NCBI RefSeq assembly: GCF_011745625.1
Contig: NW_027191485.1
Location: forward strand, 62,001 to 126,000
Direction of reading: 5' to 3'
Origin: Cladosporium halotolerans
Taxonomy: Eukaryota
DNA length: 64,000 bases
Shown: positions 44,069 to 55,809 of the stretch, piece by piece
Position numbering within the stretch: position 1 is the first letter of the stretch
Layout: the number at the start of each line of letters is the position of its first letter
Made by a program: the position numbers and the translations under genes
The notes under the pieces: generated by a model
What the model was told of the DNA's origin: nothing
Databases searched by the model: none
The model's input: the letters and a program-made list of their open reading frames with translations, nothing else

Positions 44069-45124
44069 TCACAAATCAACCCCCTCCCACCCCCCACCCC
44101 CCTCCAACCCGCGCTTCAACCCCTCCAACACCTCCCCCTTCTCAACCCACCTCTCCTCCAACCACGCCCGCAACCCCTCTTCACTCCCAGGCAAATCCTC
44201 AACCACAAACCGCCGCACGTGCACCGCCATCTTCCAGCGCCGCCCAATATCCCCCTGCAGCACGCTCTGCGCGAAGGTGGGCGGGGACTGGAACGCGAAC
44301 GGCTCCTGCGCGGTGTCGGCGTAGGCCAGCGTGAGGTCGTAGATTGCGCGGACGTGCGGCGCGGCGCGCAGGTGCTGGACGCTGGCGGCGAAGCCTTTGG
44401 TGCGCGGGAGGAGGAGGTGGGGAGGCAGGGTTTTGTTTGTCTTGCGGGCGTGGGCTGCGGCGAGGGCGCGTTTGGAGGGGGTCAGGCGCGTGGATTCGGA
44501 GAAGGAGATGAGCCCTACCGGTGAAATACAAGTGTTACTAGGTGGTTCTCTGGGGGAGAAGATTTTGAAGGATACAGATGGGTTTTTTTGGGAATATGGT
44601 ATGAAAGAGAGGAGAATCAGAGAAACAGTAAGGTACATACACATGGGCCAGCCCTCGCCCACGACGCCCTCGAAGACGCGCTCCATCTCGCGCTCGTCCT
44701 CCGCCCACCGCCTGCTGACCAGCGGCATGCCCATGGCCCACAGGCCCCAGCCCAGGAAGGGCACCCAGCGCAGCTCGCGCTTCGCGAACCAGCGGCAGCG
44801 GCCCAGCATGCCGGCGCGCTGGGCCAGCGCCTGCACGAGGTAGAAGTCGGTCCACTCGACGTGGTTGCTGACGACGATGGCGGACTCGCCGGGCGGCAGG
44901 GCGTCGCCGAGCACGAGGATGCGGGCGCCGTTGGCGGAGGTGAAGAGGTGCTGGATGTGGGCCCAGACGGTGGAGGCGATGAGGGAGGAGGCGTTGTAGG
45001 TTGTTGTTGGGGAGAGGAAGAGGGAGAGCGGGAGGAGGAGGGAGAGGAGGGTGTTGGCGAGGAGGAGGTGGAGGAGCCAGAGGGCGAGGCGGGCGAGGGC
45101 GAGGGGGAGGTGTGGCAGTGGCAT
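44069..45124 (-). CDS. PlsC-family lysophospholipid acyltransferase, ~309 aa, 2 exons
   Basis: Catalytic SNHVEWTD, FAKRELRWVPFLGWG, FSESTR, LLLPRTKGF and IYDLTLAY. Intron 44515-44640 (GTATGT..TAG). Confidence 0.9.
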   Translation of the reverse strand: MPLPHLPLALARLALWLLHLLLANTLLSLLLPLSLFLSPTTTYNASSLIASTVWAHIQHLFTSANGARILVLGDALPPGESAIVVSNHVEWTDFYLVQALAQRAGMLGRCRWFAKRELRWVPFLGWGLWAMGMPLVSRRWAEDEREMERVFEGVVGEGWPMCMYLTVSLILLSFIPYSQKNPSVSFKIFSPREPPSNTCISPVGLISFSESTRLTPSKRALAAAHARKTNKTLPPHLLLPRTKGFAASVQHLRAAPHVRAIYDLTLAYADTAQEPFAFQSPPTFAQSVLQGDIGRRWKMAVHVRRFVVEDLPGSEEGLRAWLEERWVEKGEVLEGLKRGLEGGGGWEGVDL

Positions 45125-46515
45125 GGCTGTTGATCGCGGTGCGGGTGCTGCGCGGTGCATGGCCAAGCAGTCGCACACGGGACGGTGGTGGTGATCGCGG
45201 GCTTGTGCCTTGCTGCAGGGCAGGGCGGGACGGGCTTGGAGCTGGGGAGGGAGAGGGGTGAGAGGCTCTGCTCGCCTGTCTGGTGGTGATTTTTGGCGGG
45301 GCGCCGCGGATGAGTGACGATGCTGCCGCCGGCCTCGGCTGCGGATCAGCGTCACTGGTTGCCGATCGAGGATGGGGAAGATGGACGACGATTGCAGATG
45401 TCGCTTAGCATGCCGCATGCCCTGTCTTCACGCATCTTGCCGCGTCGATGCGGCATCTCCCGTGCGAGGGCATGCCGGGGAGGGCGTTGTCGTGCATGGT
45501 GGATGTGCCGTGCCGTACATAAGGTAGCAGAAAGACATAAAAGCAGGCATGACAGGCATGGACAAGCCGTGGATGCCTTATTAATATCTCCGCTATCACC
45601 GCAACGCAACAAGCGCAGCAGCAACGAAACCCCACAGCGCGGACGTCAGGCCGCCAGAACGCCCACCCACCGCCCGTTCGCCAGCCGCCAGCCGCCGCCG
45701 CCGTCCAGCGCCCATCGCAGCAACGCACATAACAAACCGCCAGCCCGGTCACGCCGCATCCTCCCACGCAGCCACCACCACCCGCCGCGCCCGCCACCAC
45801 CATCGCCGCCGCCGACCCGCACATCTGCCGCCACCGCCCTCACACCACCCTCACCTCTGCCATCCTCGCACGCCTCACCACCACTGCCGCCGGCACTCTA
45901 CCACACACTCTACCACGCTTGCTGTACAAGCGCACGCCGCGGCCGGCACTGCCCGCTCCCCTCGCCCTGCGTCTATTCCAAATTGCCTCCGCCTGCCCAT
46001 TGGAATCTGTCAACCTTTCCGCTACCCTCGTAGAACCTGCCCAGCCGACCTCGCTGTTTTGCTCGCTGCTCCGCCTCCGTCTGCTGCGCCCACCGCGACC
46101 ACTGCATAACACAGTCAGCCCGCACGCCTCCTCATCACCTCCCGCCGCCACCGCCATTCCCGCCCACCTGCGTCCGCTGACCTCTGCTGCCCGTCCTCGC
46201 TGCTTGTCTTCCCCCCTTCGCCCGCGTCTACTGTTCCTTCGCTGCGGTCCGACTGCGCCTTGCCGATTTCCGAGCGAGCTCGCGCCCGCAACGGCTGCCC
46301 AGAGCCTATTCTGAACCATATTTGCCTGCACACCGCACGGTCGAGACCCCCGCCGCCAGCCCCGCGAACTAGCATCCGATTCCACGCGCTCTTGCCGACT
46401 TTCGCATATCACTCCGAGCCGTCTGCCATTGACCGTTTGTCGTCTCGAAATTGCTGTCTACCGCGCGAATCGTTACGACAGTCTTCTGCCTGCTGTCGAT
46501 CACACAGTGTACACT

Positions 46516-48096
46516 ATGTCATCCTACCCTTCACATCCGGGCGCCCATCCTGGTGACATGAATGCTGGCTACCGTAATTATATCCGTCGCTTCTTCAATT
46601 GGATCACTTCACTGAACATCAGCAGCCGAAAATGCCGTGTCGCCCCAAAAAGACAGTGCCAGTCCATTGAGCCAGCTGGGTTTCCTCAAAAATCTAAACA
46701 ACGACAAGAAGCAGACGAAAGGTAGGCAAGAATTCGCTGTAAGCCTTTCGCGCTTCATGCTGATTTCATTACAGATGGACAACCTCCCAAACGGAGAGGT
46801 CCCAAACCAGACAGCAAACCTGCTCTGACTCGGCGACAAGAACTCAATCGACAGGCGCAGAGGTTCGTTTGACTTGCTGCTGCTCCCTTTCCACCCTCTA
46901 ACATCCGACAGAACCCACCGCGAGCGCAAGGAGATGTACATCAAGGCCCTCGAGCAAGAAGTCCTCCGATTGAAAGAAATGTTCACAACCACCACCAAAG
47001 AACGCGACGCCGTCGCCGAAGAGAACAGACGGTTGAAAGAGCTCCTCGCCAGCCACGGCATTTCCTACGACTTTGCTTCAAACCCAGTGACCTTCTCCCG
47101 CGAAGACAGCAGCGGATACGGTCCCAGCTCAGGTGGCGGCAGCCAGTCCGGCAGCTACTACAACTCGCACTCCGAAAGCACAAGCACCAGCTTCAGCCCT
47201 CCACACAACCAAGCGCAGAGGCCGCTCCAACCAACTCCAGGCGGCATGAATCCTGCGCAAATCCCCGCCCAGCTCCCGAACAACAACCTCGACTACGACC
47301 AGCTAGGCATAGACTTCGTCCTCGCGTACGACTCCCAAGGCAACCCCATCCTCCCAAACAGCGTTGCAGGCGCCTACCCCACGCCTTCGCCTAATCGCTG
47401 AAAACACCACACCCATCCTGCCCAAAAACCACCCCATCCACCCACCCCTCCCACCACCGGTACGCACCGCCCTCCCAACCCCACAACCCGCACTAACCCT
47501 AACCCTCCCCTCCCACAGCCTCGAACGCCCCTGCATGGACCACATGCAGTACCTGCTCGTGCGCTCGCACAACGCCGCCAACCAGCCCTTCCACCACCCC
47601 GCCGAGCCCGCCGACGACGCCGCCCACGAGCACATGTCCGGCCACGCGCTGATGGCCACCGCCCCGCCCCTCAGCCACGTCATGCACAAGCCCGCCGAGC
47701 CCTACGCCCACCAGCCGCCCGAGGGCCTGGCCACCGGCGAGCTCGCCAAGCTGCTGCATCTCAGCAATCGCTTGCCGATCGATCGCGATGGCGAGATCAC
47801 GCCCGTCATGGCGTGGATGATGGTGCTGACGGATAGGAGGGTGGGCGAGCTGGGCGAGCGGGATCTGGAGAGGCTGAAGGTGGGGTTGTTGGATAAGGTG
47901 CGGTGTTATGGGTGAGTTATCTTCCCCCGATGGCTTCGCGTTTGAGGTTGGAGTACTGATTTTTGACAGTTTCGGCGCCGTCATCGAGGAGTTCGAGGTC
48001 CGCGACGCGCTGCTCGCGCTTTTCGCAGAGAAGGACACGGGCGCGCCCGTCGAGGGGCGGCTGTTCGCGCCGCAGGAGGTGCCGGTTTATGCTTGA
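46516..48096 (+). CDS. meaB: bZIP transcription factor MeaB-like, ~392 aa, 6 exons
   Basis: Exons 46516-46573 (least certain), 46623-46721, 46775-46862, 46912-47325, 47519-47911 and 47970-48096. Basic region PKRRGPKPDSKPALTRRQELNRQAQRTHRERKE plus zipper; C-terminal GEITPVMAW..KVRCYGFGAVIEEFEVRDAL. Confidence 0.82.
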
Positions 48097-48403
48097 ATGA
48101 ATGACTTGGGTTTAGATTGACGAGTAAAAAAAAAAAAGGGCGTTTGGGGGAGTCTTTGCCTGTAGAGAAGAGAAGAGAAGACACACGCGCGGCGGAGCGA
48201 TGGATGGTGAAGGAGGTGGAGGGTAAAATGGCTGGGTTGGCCTGATGTAATAATTTACAAGCAATGCTGTGCATGCAACGCATCCATGCTGTCATTTCTG
48301 TTCGTGTAACGTTAATCTTCGTCTCATGAATGATCGTCCGAATAAGTCGGTCGACGGCCACGGGGAGATCTAACTGATGGAAAACCCGCGTGAATCCCCA
48401 GAT

Positions 48404-48472
48404 CTTCCTTCCTTCCTTCCTTCCTTCCTTCCTTCCTTCCTTCCTTCCTTCCTTCCTTCCTTCCTTTCTTCC
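48404..48472. repeat. (CCTT)n microsatellite, ~16 units
   Basis: Direct reading: cttccttccttcc... between the convergent meaB and histidine kinase 3' ends. Confidence 0.97.
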
Positions 48473-48923
48473 GCCGAGACTTTGGCCTCTGTATGCCGTC
48501 TCTGTGGTCTCGGACGGTGCGGGACGGGCTCCGCGAGCTCGCCCTCTGATCGCCGCCCTGTTTTGAAACACAACCAGGCCAAAAGCGCAGTCTCGGGTTG
48601 CGGCTGGCATGTGAAAAGCCCACACCCAGTCGTGCACCCAGCCGCGCTCTCGGAGTCCTCAGGGGAGCGACACGAAGGCGTTGGGCCGTCCACTGGTCAG
48701 TCAGTCAATCGGGGGCCTCGCGCCATCTGGTTTCGAGCGGGAGCCCCGCGCCGTGACTGGCAATGTCCGCCGACGAGAGCGGCTCTATGGGCTGGGGGAC
48801 TGGTGAATTCTCGCTGGTGAGTCTCGAGGACCAATGCCGTCCGTCCTGTCTTTGAGAGCTCGCGGTCGAAAAAAAAAAGAATTAAGACATCCGTCCCTGG
48901 AACCAACGCCTCCTCACTCACCA

Positions 48924-51900
48924 TCATCCCTCGCCCCCGAACCCCGCCCTCCACCTCTCCACCACGCCCCGCACATCCCCCAGCCTCGCCGGCTTGACAA
49001 GATACTCGTCGACGCCCGCCGCGAACGCGCGGTTCCGGTCTTTCGCGCTCACGAGCCCCGTCAGCGCACAGATGAACGTCCGCCGCGACCCGACCAGCGC
49101 CTCCGTCTCGCGGATCGACGCCGCGACCTCGAAGCCCGACACGCCCGGCATGCTGAGGTCGAGGAAGATGAGGTCGAAGCGCTGCGTGGTTGTGCTGGGC
49201 GAGGAGGAGGTCGGGAGAGGGTGCAGGAAGGAGTCGCCGAAGGCTTCGATGGCGGCCTGCCCGCCGGGGGCGCAGAGGGGCGGCTGGGAGGTGCTTTTGA
49301 GGAGGTATTTTTCGAGGACTTTGAGGTTGATTGCGTTGTCGTCTACGAGCAGGGTGCGGGGTTCTCGCGGGGTGGGTATGTTGAGAGGGATCGGTGGCGA
49401 GGCTGCCGGGAATTCGTCGGTGCGTTGGGCGAGGAGGGGGTTGGGGAGCTGTTCTTGGGGAAATGGGGGTGGGGTTGGTTCGGGAGGTTGTTTGGCTGCA
49501 AGTGGTTGTTGTGTGGTTTCCCCGGTTGATTGGTGAGGTGGTTCGCCTGTTGTGCTAGAGTCGACGACGTCGGTGGTCGGTTTGGTGGATGTGTTGGGTA
49601 TTGAGACAGCGCCCAGGTCGAGGAGTGCTAGAGCATGATGGAGGTTGGAGCTAGTCACTGGCTCGAAGATCCTCGCCACACCCTGTTCGCAAGTCACACG
49701 CTCTTCGAAATCGTTTTCCTTCCTGGGACACAGGACGATCCGCTTGACTGGGGAGGAGGATTTGCTGACGATCTGAGCGGATTGGTCCAAATCTTCATCG
49801 AGAGAGACCAGGAGGTCCAAATCTCCTTGAGGCTCTTCCCAGGCGACAAGATTGGTGCGAACGCGCTGTTCCAACCCTCGCGCGAACGAGGCCAGGAGCA
49901 CTTCCGTACATCGCCGACCCCGGACTAAGTCTCCGGTCTTCCATCGTTTGGGCACAAGGAATGCAGCTTTGATCTCTGGGAGCTGTGCTCCGTTCAGATC
50001 CGCACTGGCAGATGCGGAAGTCGACAATTTGGCGGACAGCTCGTCAGAGTCACCCGTCAGCCGACCGACGGGAAACGAAGCCTTCACGGTCGTTCCAAGC
50101 GATCTGTCCGATGCGACGTGAACGTCTCCGCCGAGGGAGGTGATGGCTCGCTTTGCGAGGAAGAAGCCGAGCCCGATGCCCTCGTTGATGGGATCCTCCT
50201 GGGAGAAAGCGCCGGAAAGATGGCGCCGGACGTAATCTAACGCCATTCCCTTGCCGGCGTCGACGATGGAGAGCCGCACATTGGACTCGCCCACATCGAG
50301 GCTCACTCGTATGCAGCCGGTCGGCTCCGTGAATTTCAAAGCATTACTCTGCAAAAACCTCAGTCTGATTGCTGGCTAGACGAACAAAGGTGTGATACTT
50401 ACGAGCAAATTGGCAAACGCGACGCGGAATCCTCCGGCCGCGTGGATGGGAGACCACGCGAAGGAGTTCGTGTCAAATGTTAGTAAGGGAAACGCTGGCA
50501 AGTCGGATGATGGTTCTGACGAGCTCATGGCTGTCTCGAAGTTGATGGGAGTTTCGCGAGGGCTCATGGGGCCCACGGCTTCCTTCAGGCGGACCATTCG
50601 AACCTGCCGTTGCATAACGTCCTCGCATGCTTGGGTCATGTCCATGTGTTCCGTGCCGGCCGGCAGAGATTGTCGTAATTTTTGTGTAAAGCTAGATTTC
50701 TGTACAAGGGAAGGCTTGTCTCCTTCATCCTTTGATGTCGCTCTTGAATTCTCTGCGTGGTCACTGATGTTGCTGTAGTCGAGGACTTGGTTGATGGTAT
50801 CGAGCAGTGAAATGCTGCCGTACCGGGCGGTCTCAATCAAGTCGAGCTGTTCCCTCGTGCAGGACGTGTCCGAGAGCAGCTCAATGCTTGCTAGAATGCC
50901 ATGAAGGGGTGTCCGTAGTTCGTGTGAGATGGAGCCGAGGAAATCCGACTTCACCTTATCCACGGCCTGGACTTCGAGACGTCGGACCTGCATCATGAGC
51001 GTTGCGCAGAAGGCGGACATGGAAGAGAGGTCGGTCGGGCCGAGGTGTACTTTCAAGAAGTCCTGCGCGAATCCTATGATGGCACCAGTGTTGCGCTCGT
51101 GGTGCGTATCCCACAAAGGCATGAGCATGATCTGTTCTGTGCTTGGAAATGCTTTGAGGATTTCCGCGGCGAGATCACGGTCAGTTATTGGAGTGACCCC
51201 GCTCGTAGAAGTGGAAATGGTCACATCTCCAGACTCGCGGATGAGCTGGAAAACACCTCCGGATGGCACCATTTCCAGGAGAACCTGGATCAGCGTGGGA
51301 GGGGCCACCATGTGTTCCTGAAATCCATCCCGAACATGTTGTCCGAGAAGGTTTGATCCATTCCAATCAGGATTGTGATTGATTGAGTTCTCTGGCAACC
51401 CTGCTTCCTCAATTCTGACCCCGTCGAACTGAAAAATGCTGCCAAGTACATCCGCTGCTAGTTGATAAACGTGTAGTATAGGGCCCGGATGCTGATTTGA
51501 GACCGTAACTTCCTCGCCTGTGGAGGCGGAGACCTCAGGTTTAGCTCGCGAGTCTTCCCCATTAGTGCCCGTAAGCGCAGCAATGCCTTGATTAAACGTC
51601 AGCATCCGCTTGCCCTCCAGGGCTTCTACCGATTGCTCCAGACATCTCGTGATATGCTGTGACATTTCGAGCATGTAGGATCGTTTGTCGGCAGAAAGAC
51701 CAGACGTGGAGGGCTGATTGCAGAAGAGGAACACAGTCCCGATGTTGTAGCCACTGTAAGGGCAAATTGGAACGCCGAAGTAATGTCGGAAGCTTGCGAT
51801 AGTGCCGTTCACAAATGGTAAGTCCTTGGTTTGTTCCTCGTTGGCCAAGTCGGGGACTTCGAAGTAGGGTGGTTCTGCAGTATCATTCCCCATCGCGATA

Positions 51901-52283
51901 GTTCGTTCGCACAGCCCTCCGTGATGCGTCACCGAATCGCAGCCGTACCATTTCGTGGAGTCAATTGTGACGCGAGCGTCGTGCAGATGGGTTAGGTCGG
52001 AGCCGGAGACGAAGTACTGCGTGCGATCGTCCAGGAGGCAGACCATAGCGATTTCCGCCTCGATCTCGTGAACAATACATTTCAGCATCGACGCGAGTGC
52101 ACCATTTACCTCCACGTTGGGCTGCTGCTGCGTCTGCGCCTCGAGCGGCGTGATCCCTGAGAGCGTGCCCTTGCCGCGCACATATTGTGTGGCGGACGGT
52201 AAGACCTGGCAGAAACGTCGGACTTCCCACACTCGCGCTCGGTCAGCCACGTACGCCGACTGTTCCTCAGTAAGTCTCGCCAT
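48924..52283 (-). CDS. Hybrid histidine kinase (GAF-like - HisKA - HATPase - receiver), ~1101 aa, 2 exons
   Basis: H-box FLGSISHELRTPLHGIL. N-box NLL|SNALKFT spans intron 50349-50402. DAGKG and GIGLG boxes; receiver LLVDDNAIN..IFLDLSMP..ALTG..YLVKP; GAF-like region DLPFV..FRHYFGVPI. Confidence 0.92.
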
Positions 52284-53558
52284 GTCCTGAAGTTCGGGCG
52301 AAAACGATGAACAAGCCTCGGACGAGCGCCCCACAACAGTGGCGTTACGTGTGTGTCGAGCAGCAGGCAGTCGGACCTGGGTACGGTCTCAATAGAGAGG
52401 CGATGGTGGCGGGGACGGACACGCCTGCGGATGCAATGGCCAAACCCCCAATAGGCGTGTAAGCGGCTAGGCTTGCGATGACTGCGGTAGTGCACAGAGA
52501 TTGCGATGCGAAAGTTTCGGCGCGGCCATGCGGCACTGGAAGCGACCCAGACATTTAGATCTCAAGGGCACGGGAACAAGGATGTAGTACTCACCTTGGC
52601 AGACATTACAGACATTGGCACGATGGAAGCGGTGTTGGATACCGCCGGTGCTTGTGACGGGCAGCCCGACATCCTCGATTGATCATGCCTGTCAGATTTT
52701 GAGCTAATGTCGGTTGTGCCCATCCCCCTCTTGTGCCGGCCGCCACTGATGAAGAACCCTGACGCCAGTGGGGACTAGTCGTGTGGGAGGACCACTCCAT
52801 ACAGTTGCTCCTGAGATACGCTAGTGCGTTCGTATCTCGTTGAGTCCGAAAGCCCTATTCCGCGGACACTGACGCGGTAGGATAATATACCGAAAGCGCA
52901 GCCTCACAAATGCCTCTACGTGGTGTCCTTCACGTTGTTCTCTAAGCAGCGAGACCGTCTAGACCGTCATGCTCGGCCGTCCATCGACCAACGGCGTGCG
53001 GCTATCTGGCCCCCATGGCTTGCCATGTGGACACCTTTGTGGAGCGCCAGGTGTGTCTATGTAGCGTGTAGTGGACGCCAACGTGGGTGTCGTTGACGCT
53101 GCATGACACTAGAGAGCCCGGTCCGTCGCATTCAGAACATGCGATTCTCGTAGATTGCCGTCAGCTGCCTCAGGAGGGATGGGAAAAGTGCAGATTGCGA
53201 GGTGCCAGAATTCGCCACAGCCACGGTGTTTGCTCCGAGGCCCCGGCCCACCACCACACACACTCCCTGCGCCATTGGCCCGTCGCCGCGCGAAGATCGT
53301 CCACGCAGGCGGGCAATCTTTTCACAGCGCCCCGGGCAAGGCGCGTCAATTCCTTTCTGGTACGCCAGGGTGTCGATGAGCTAGACTCGGACTCGTCGCA
53401 ATTGTCAGCGCCCACTGTCGTTCTTCGTCCAAAGAGGGTCCACTGATGTCACTCCTCTGGGCCTCGTTAATCCCATTTAGACCCAAATAATATGCCTCGG
53501 AAAGTGCACTTTGCGATGACCTGCGAGCAGCATTTCTGGCACTCCTGCTCCCGGCTCC

Positions 53559-54520
53559 ATGGATGCGTGTGGCAGCTGCGTCACCGAGATCCGCTTGCGT
53601 GCCACGGAGCCGGTTGACGGCTTGACCAGGCTGCAGCAGCACCTGTCCTCGAGTCCTTACACGTTCGGCGCCTTCTACACGTCTTTAGCGGCTCTCTCGT
53701 CGAACCCATTGGCCGTCACTGAGTCATCGGTGGCTGATGATGTATTCGCATCTCAACCCGAGATCCACTCGACCTCGTTGCTTCTCTTGAAAGCCGATTT
53801 CAAATGGCGTTTGGGGGGCATACAGGAACAGGGGGCGTCCCCTCCGTGGCTCTGGATGTCGGAGATGCTCTGTGGACCGCCTCCGTATCATGCCCGTGAC
53901 CTCAATCGATTCCTCGCCACAGGGCTGCCTGGGAAGAGTCCTCATTTGAGTATGACTACGCCACGCACATCCTTAGATCCTCTCAACGAACGACAAGCAA
54001 GGTACTGACGAAGCTGTCAGTCTCACCCGCGTACATTGTGCGACTCGGCTTTTCCGACTCGCGCCATCCAGGGTTCAAACACGCCGCTGTCGACTTCCTC
54101 CAAACGACCGCAATTTGCAAACTAGCCGGCTGGGTTGCGGAAGAGTGGTACGATGTCAATACGAACGTTCCCAGCGAGACCTCGGATTCGGTACGCTACG
54201 TGTGCATGCTGAGCTTCGACGCAACAGCACCTCTGGACACCGCAGTGGCGATAGTGAAAGAGTGCTTGGGCACCGCGACGCTGCATGCGCCTTTCTTGAG
54301 CTGGAACCTTGGGGTGTACAAATCAGAGGGGTCAATGGCATGCCATAAGGCAGATTTTTCGGGAACCATGGGTTCTTGGAGTCTGGAGCCTCCGGCCGTC
54401 CCGAAGACGCTGTCTACCAAGCGGGCGAGAGATTATGTGTCGTCGCCTTTGAAGAACGAGATGGGGCCCAAGAAGTATAGGACCAACGGCGACGTCAATT
54501 GGAGTGATCTTGTTCGCTGA
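53559..54520 (+). CDS. Hypothetical protein, ~296 aa, 2 exons
   Basis: Two adjacent ORFs are joined in frame by intron 53950-54020 (GTATGA..ACTGAC..CAG). No recognisable motif, and the start is uncertain. Confidence 0.6.
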
Positions 54521-54783
54521 CGTACTTCGTCCATGCGGTCTTGATTGATACGGAAGAATGTGAATGAAAGATGTCAGAGTGGAGCCACAGGTACATGATC
54601 TTGCGGAGAAGGACGTACAGTGCGAGTGTGATGGTTCGGTGCTAGTGCTACGATTTTCAACGACCTCGGCCGTTACGCATGGGAGGACCACGTGTTATGG
54701 CGTCAATGTTATACATTACATATGGTCTCCAGCATTTTTGGGAGTTTGGTTGGTAGTGTTTATGACTCGAGCGCCATGAACAT

Positions 54784-55809
54784 TTATTCGACTTCTGAAG
54801 ATCCTTGTAAATCGTGGTGCGATGTTTTAATGTGCTGGGCCCAATCTTTCGACGTTTCTGCGCGGAATCCACAGCCCACGTGCACACACTGGTTCCGGTC
54901 CGAGCTATTCGAGTTGGACATGACATGGCGGAGATTGCGGTGACATGCGTAGTAAGGACAATGAAAATGCAATTCAGGCGGCTCTTCCTCAGTGTCGTCA
55001 GATGCTTGCTGTGGTGCTCTCGGTTGACTTTCAGGTTGGTGACTTTGAGACATTCGGTTCTCTTGAGCGGCTTGTCTCCTTAACTGTTCACCAGAGCTTT
55101 GCGGCGTCCTTTCGTGCTGATGAAACATCTGCTCAACTTCTGCTTCTTGGATTTGCGAGTTCAATGAACTTGTTAGGTCTTGTGACTGGAGCCTAGTATC
55201 TTGCCTGAGCATTTGCATGGCCAGGTTGCTTTGCAGATGTCGCTCGATCTGATCGAGCCTTCGCGCCGCTCTTGATCGAGCAGATGTCATCGTGTCGCTA
55301 TCTGCATGGGTCTCTTCCGATTTGGTCGATTCTTTGGCTACTGTGGTATCGTCTAATCGAATCGCAGATGGTGATATGGAAAGCGAAATCGATGGCGCTT
55401 GATCGTGCGTATGGAGAACTCCTTCTTGTCGATCAAGATCCGGGAACGATGCGGGGGACGCGCTTGTGGGCCAGAGCCTCCAGGTATCGTCAAATTCCTT
55501 TCGCTCGTGAAAACGATCGAACTCGTCTTCCGCGGCTTGCGATGCAACGGCGCTCGCTTGACTGCGAAAACTATTTTCGCGGGAGGATAGACCCGGTCTT
55601 CGTCGTATGAGGTCAATACTTCGGCTATTGGAAGATTCTGACGCTTGTGTCGAGCTGCTTCCTCTCTGCTTCGCATCACCTGGATGTCTCAGTTCGTTCT
55701 CAATGCCGGATAAAGTTGACCAAGCCAAGTCTTTCGCTGAGCTTGCCACTCTGTAAGGCAAGGCCGTTTCTTGGGCATTCATGGTGGCTTTCGAGATTCC
55801 AGTACTCAT
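54784..55809 (-). CDS. Hypothetical S/Q-rich protein with C-terminal Cys/His (C2H2-like) motifs, ~341 aa
   Basis: ORF >1 kb. C-terminus FHCPYYACH...CVHVGCGFRAETSKDWAQHIKTSHH. Confidence 0.7.
   Translation of the reverse strand: MSTGISKATMNAQETALPYRVASSAKDLAWSTLSGIENELRHPGDAKQRGSSSTQASESSNSRSIDLIRRRPGLSSRENSFRSQASAVASQAAEDEFDRFHERKEFDDTWRLWPTSASPASFPDLDRQEGVLHTHDQAPSISLSISPSAIRLDDTTVAKESTKSEETHADSDTMTSARSRAARRLDQIERHLQSNLAMQMLRQDTRLQSQDLTSSLNSQIQEAEVEQMFHQHERTPQSSGEQLRRQAAQENRMSQSHQPESQPRAPQQASDDTEEEPPELHFHCPYYACHRNLRHVMSNSNSSDRNQCVHVGCGFRAETSKDWAQHIKTSHHDLQGSSEVE

Noticed and set aside
47493..47506. CTAACCCTAACCCT as a telomerase RNA template or telomere relic
   Set aside because: It is the branch-point region (CTAAC) of meaB intron 4 within a C/A-rich tract.
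47981..48820. ORFs with RKEG or LPSF repeats
   Set aside because: Translations of the (CCTT)n microsatellite.
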